Of a stretch of DNA of 64,000 bases, positions 63,260-64,000 are shown piece after piece. How positions within the stretch are numbered: position 1 is the first letter of the stretch; each line of letters starts with the position of its first letter. The stretch spans positions 68,237 to 132,236 of the forward strand of contig JAGXAN010000007.1 in NCBI GenBank assembly GCA_019075865.1. The letters run 5' to 3'. The stretch comes from Hyphomicrobiales bacterium (GTDB taxonomy: Bacteria > Pseudomonadota > Alphaproteobacteria > Rhizobiales > Beijerinckiaceae). The position numbers and the translations under genes are program-made. The notes under the pieces were generated by a model that was given only the letters and a program-made list of their open reading frames with translations, did not search any database and was not told where the DNA came from.

Positions 63260-64000
63260 TTATTCTGCGGCCTCTGGCAGCGCAGCGGGCTCGTGCAGGG
63301 TGGAAGGGGCCGTCTTTTTGCCGCGTCCCGCCAGGAAGCTGTCGACCTTGTCGAGGTAGAAATAAATTACCGGTGTGATGTAAAGGGTCAGCAATTGGGA
63401 AACCAGCAAACCACCGACAACCGCAATGCCGAGGGGTTGCCGGAGTTCTGAACCCGCGCCGGTGCCAAGGGCAATCGGCAGGGTTCCGAGCATGGCGCAG
63501 AGCGTCGTCATCATGATCGGGCGGAAGCGCACCACTGCCGCTTCGCGGATCGCGGTAAGGGCGTCCGCTCCTTGCTTGCGTCGCTCAATCGCAAAATCGA
63601 CCATCATGATGGCGTTTTTCTTGACGATGCCGACCAGCAGCAGGATGCCAATGATCGCAATGACGGTCAGTTCCTTATGGGTGAATTCCAGCGCGATCAG
63701 GGCACCTAGGCCGGCAGAAGGCAGGCCCGATAGAATTGTGATCGGGTGGATGAAGCTCTCGTAGAGCACGCCCAGCACGATATAAATGGTGAGAACCGCC
63801 GCCAGCAGCAAAATGCCCTGGCCTTTCAGCGAATTTTGGAACAATTGCGCCGTGCCGGAGAAATTGGTGGTGATGGTGGCGGGCAGGTTGACCTTGGCCT
63901 CGGCCTGATGAATGGCGTCGATGGCTTGGCCGATCGAGACATTTTCGGCCAGATTGAAAGAAAGCGTCACGGCGGGCTGTTGCGACTGGCGATTGACGGA
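63260..64000 (-). CDS. RND efflux transporter, inner-membrane permease (AcrB/MdtC family), 3' portion only
   Basis: The frame stays open to the window edge. The C-terminal TM bundle (LYESFIHPITILSGLPSAGLGALIAL...GIVKKNAIMMVDFA...RFRPIMMTTLCAMLGTLPIALG) is AcrB-like. Confidence 0.9.
   Translation of the reverse strand, partial: SVNRQSQQPAVTLSFNLAENVSIGQAIDAIHQAEAKVNLPATITTNFSGTAQLFQNSLKGQGILLLAAVLTIYIVLGVLYESFIHPITILSGLPSAGLGALIALEFTHKELTVIAIIGILLLVGIVKKNAIMMVDFAIERRKQGADALTAIREAAVVRFRPIMMTTLCAMLGTLPIALGTGAGSELRQPLGIAVVGGLLVSQLLTLYITPVIYFYLDKVDSFLAGRGKKTAPSTLHEPAALPEAAE

Overview
This 64-kb window looks like core chromosome of a moderately GC-rich alphaproteobacterium. The gene order resembles Hyphomicrobiales/Rhizobiales: fused ispDF, dusB-ntrBC-ntrYX-hfq-hflX, DUF2865 and DUF1127 genes. 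Coding density is very high and no gap exceeds about 370 nt. From left to right it contains: (1) the distal spc and alpha ribosomal operons (rplF, 5'-truncated, then rplR-rpsE-rpmD-rplO-secY-adk and rpsM-rpsK-rpoA-rplQ); (2) pncC/cinA and ispDF; (3) the nitrogen/redox two-component cluster followed by hfq-hflX; (4) guaB and a membrane H+-pyrophosphatase; (5) bamE, a Cbp3-like chaperone, yceD-plsX-fabH; (6) cimA and cysS; (7) two uncharacterised secreted Cys-containing proteins; (8) gltX, a GT21 glycosyltransferase, trmFO, a DUF1127 mini-protein, recG, an aminotransferase and a lipoprotein; (9) a phaC-amidase-Fe-ADH operon; (10) a phospholipase C/phosphoesterase and an MFS transporter; (11) aspS, a GT2, a 587-aa uncharacterised envelope protein and gmk; (12) a fused lptF-lptG-lptD-surA-pdxA-rsmA envelope cluster divergent from pepA-holC; (13) the 3' part of an RND pump that runs off the window. 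I saw no rRNA, tRNA, CRISPR array, transposase/integrase or defence-island-like gene set, and no clear multi-gene novel system. The best candidates for undescribed biology are small-scale: (a) the terminator hairpin of the DUF1127 gene exposes a CCUCCC anti-Shine-Dalgarno loop, resembling a cuckoo/CcsR-type 3'UTR sRNA; (b) a Pho-box-like repeat lies inside a perfect inverted repeat upstream of the phospholipase C gene; (c) an imperfect 19/20-nt tandem repeat sits just upstream of the rpsM ribosome-binding site; (d) phaC is linked in an apparent operon to an amidase and an Fe-ADH, and PhaC has a basic Ala/Lys/Pro-rich N-terminal extension; (e) an AT-rich islet encodes a secreted 4-Cys protein plus a DUF2865 protein; (f) there is a large N-terminally anchored envelope protein of unknown family. 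All family assignments come from reading motifs in the translations. No database search was run.
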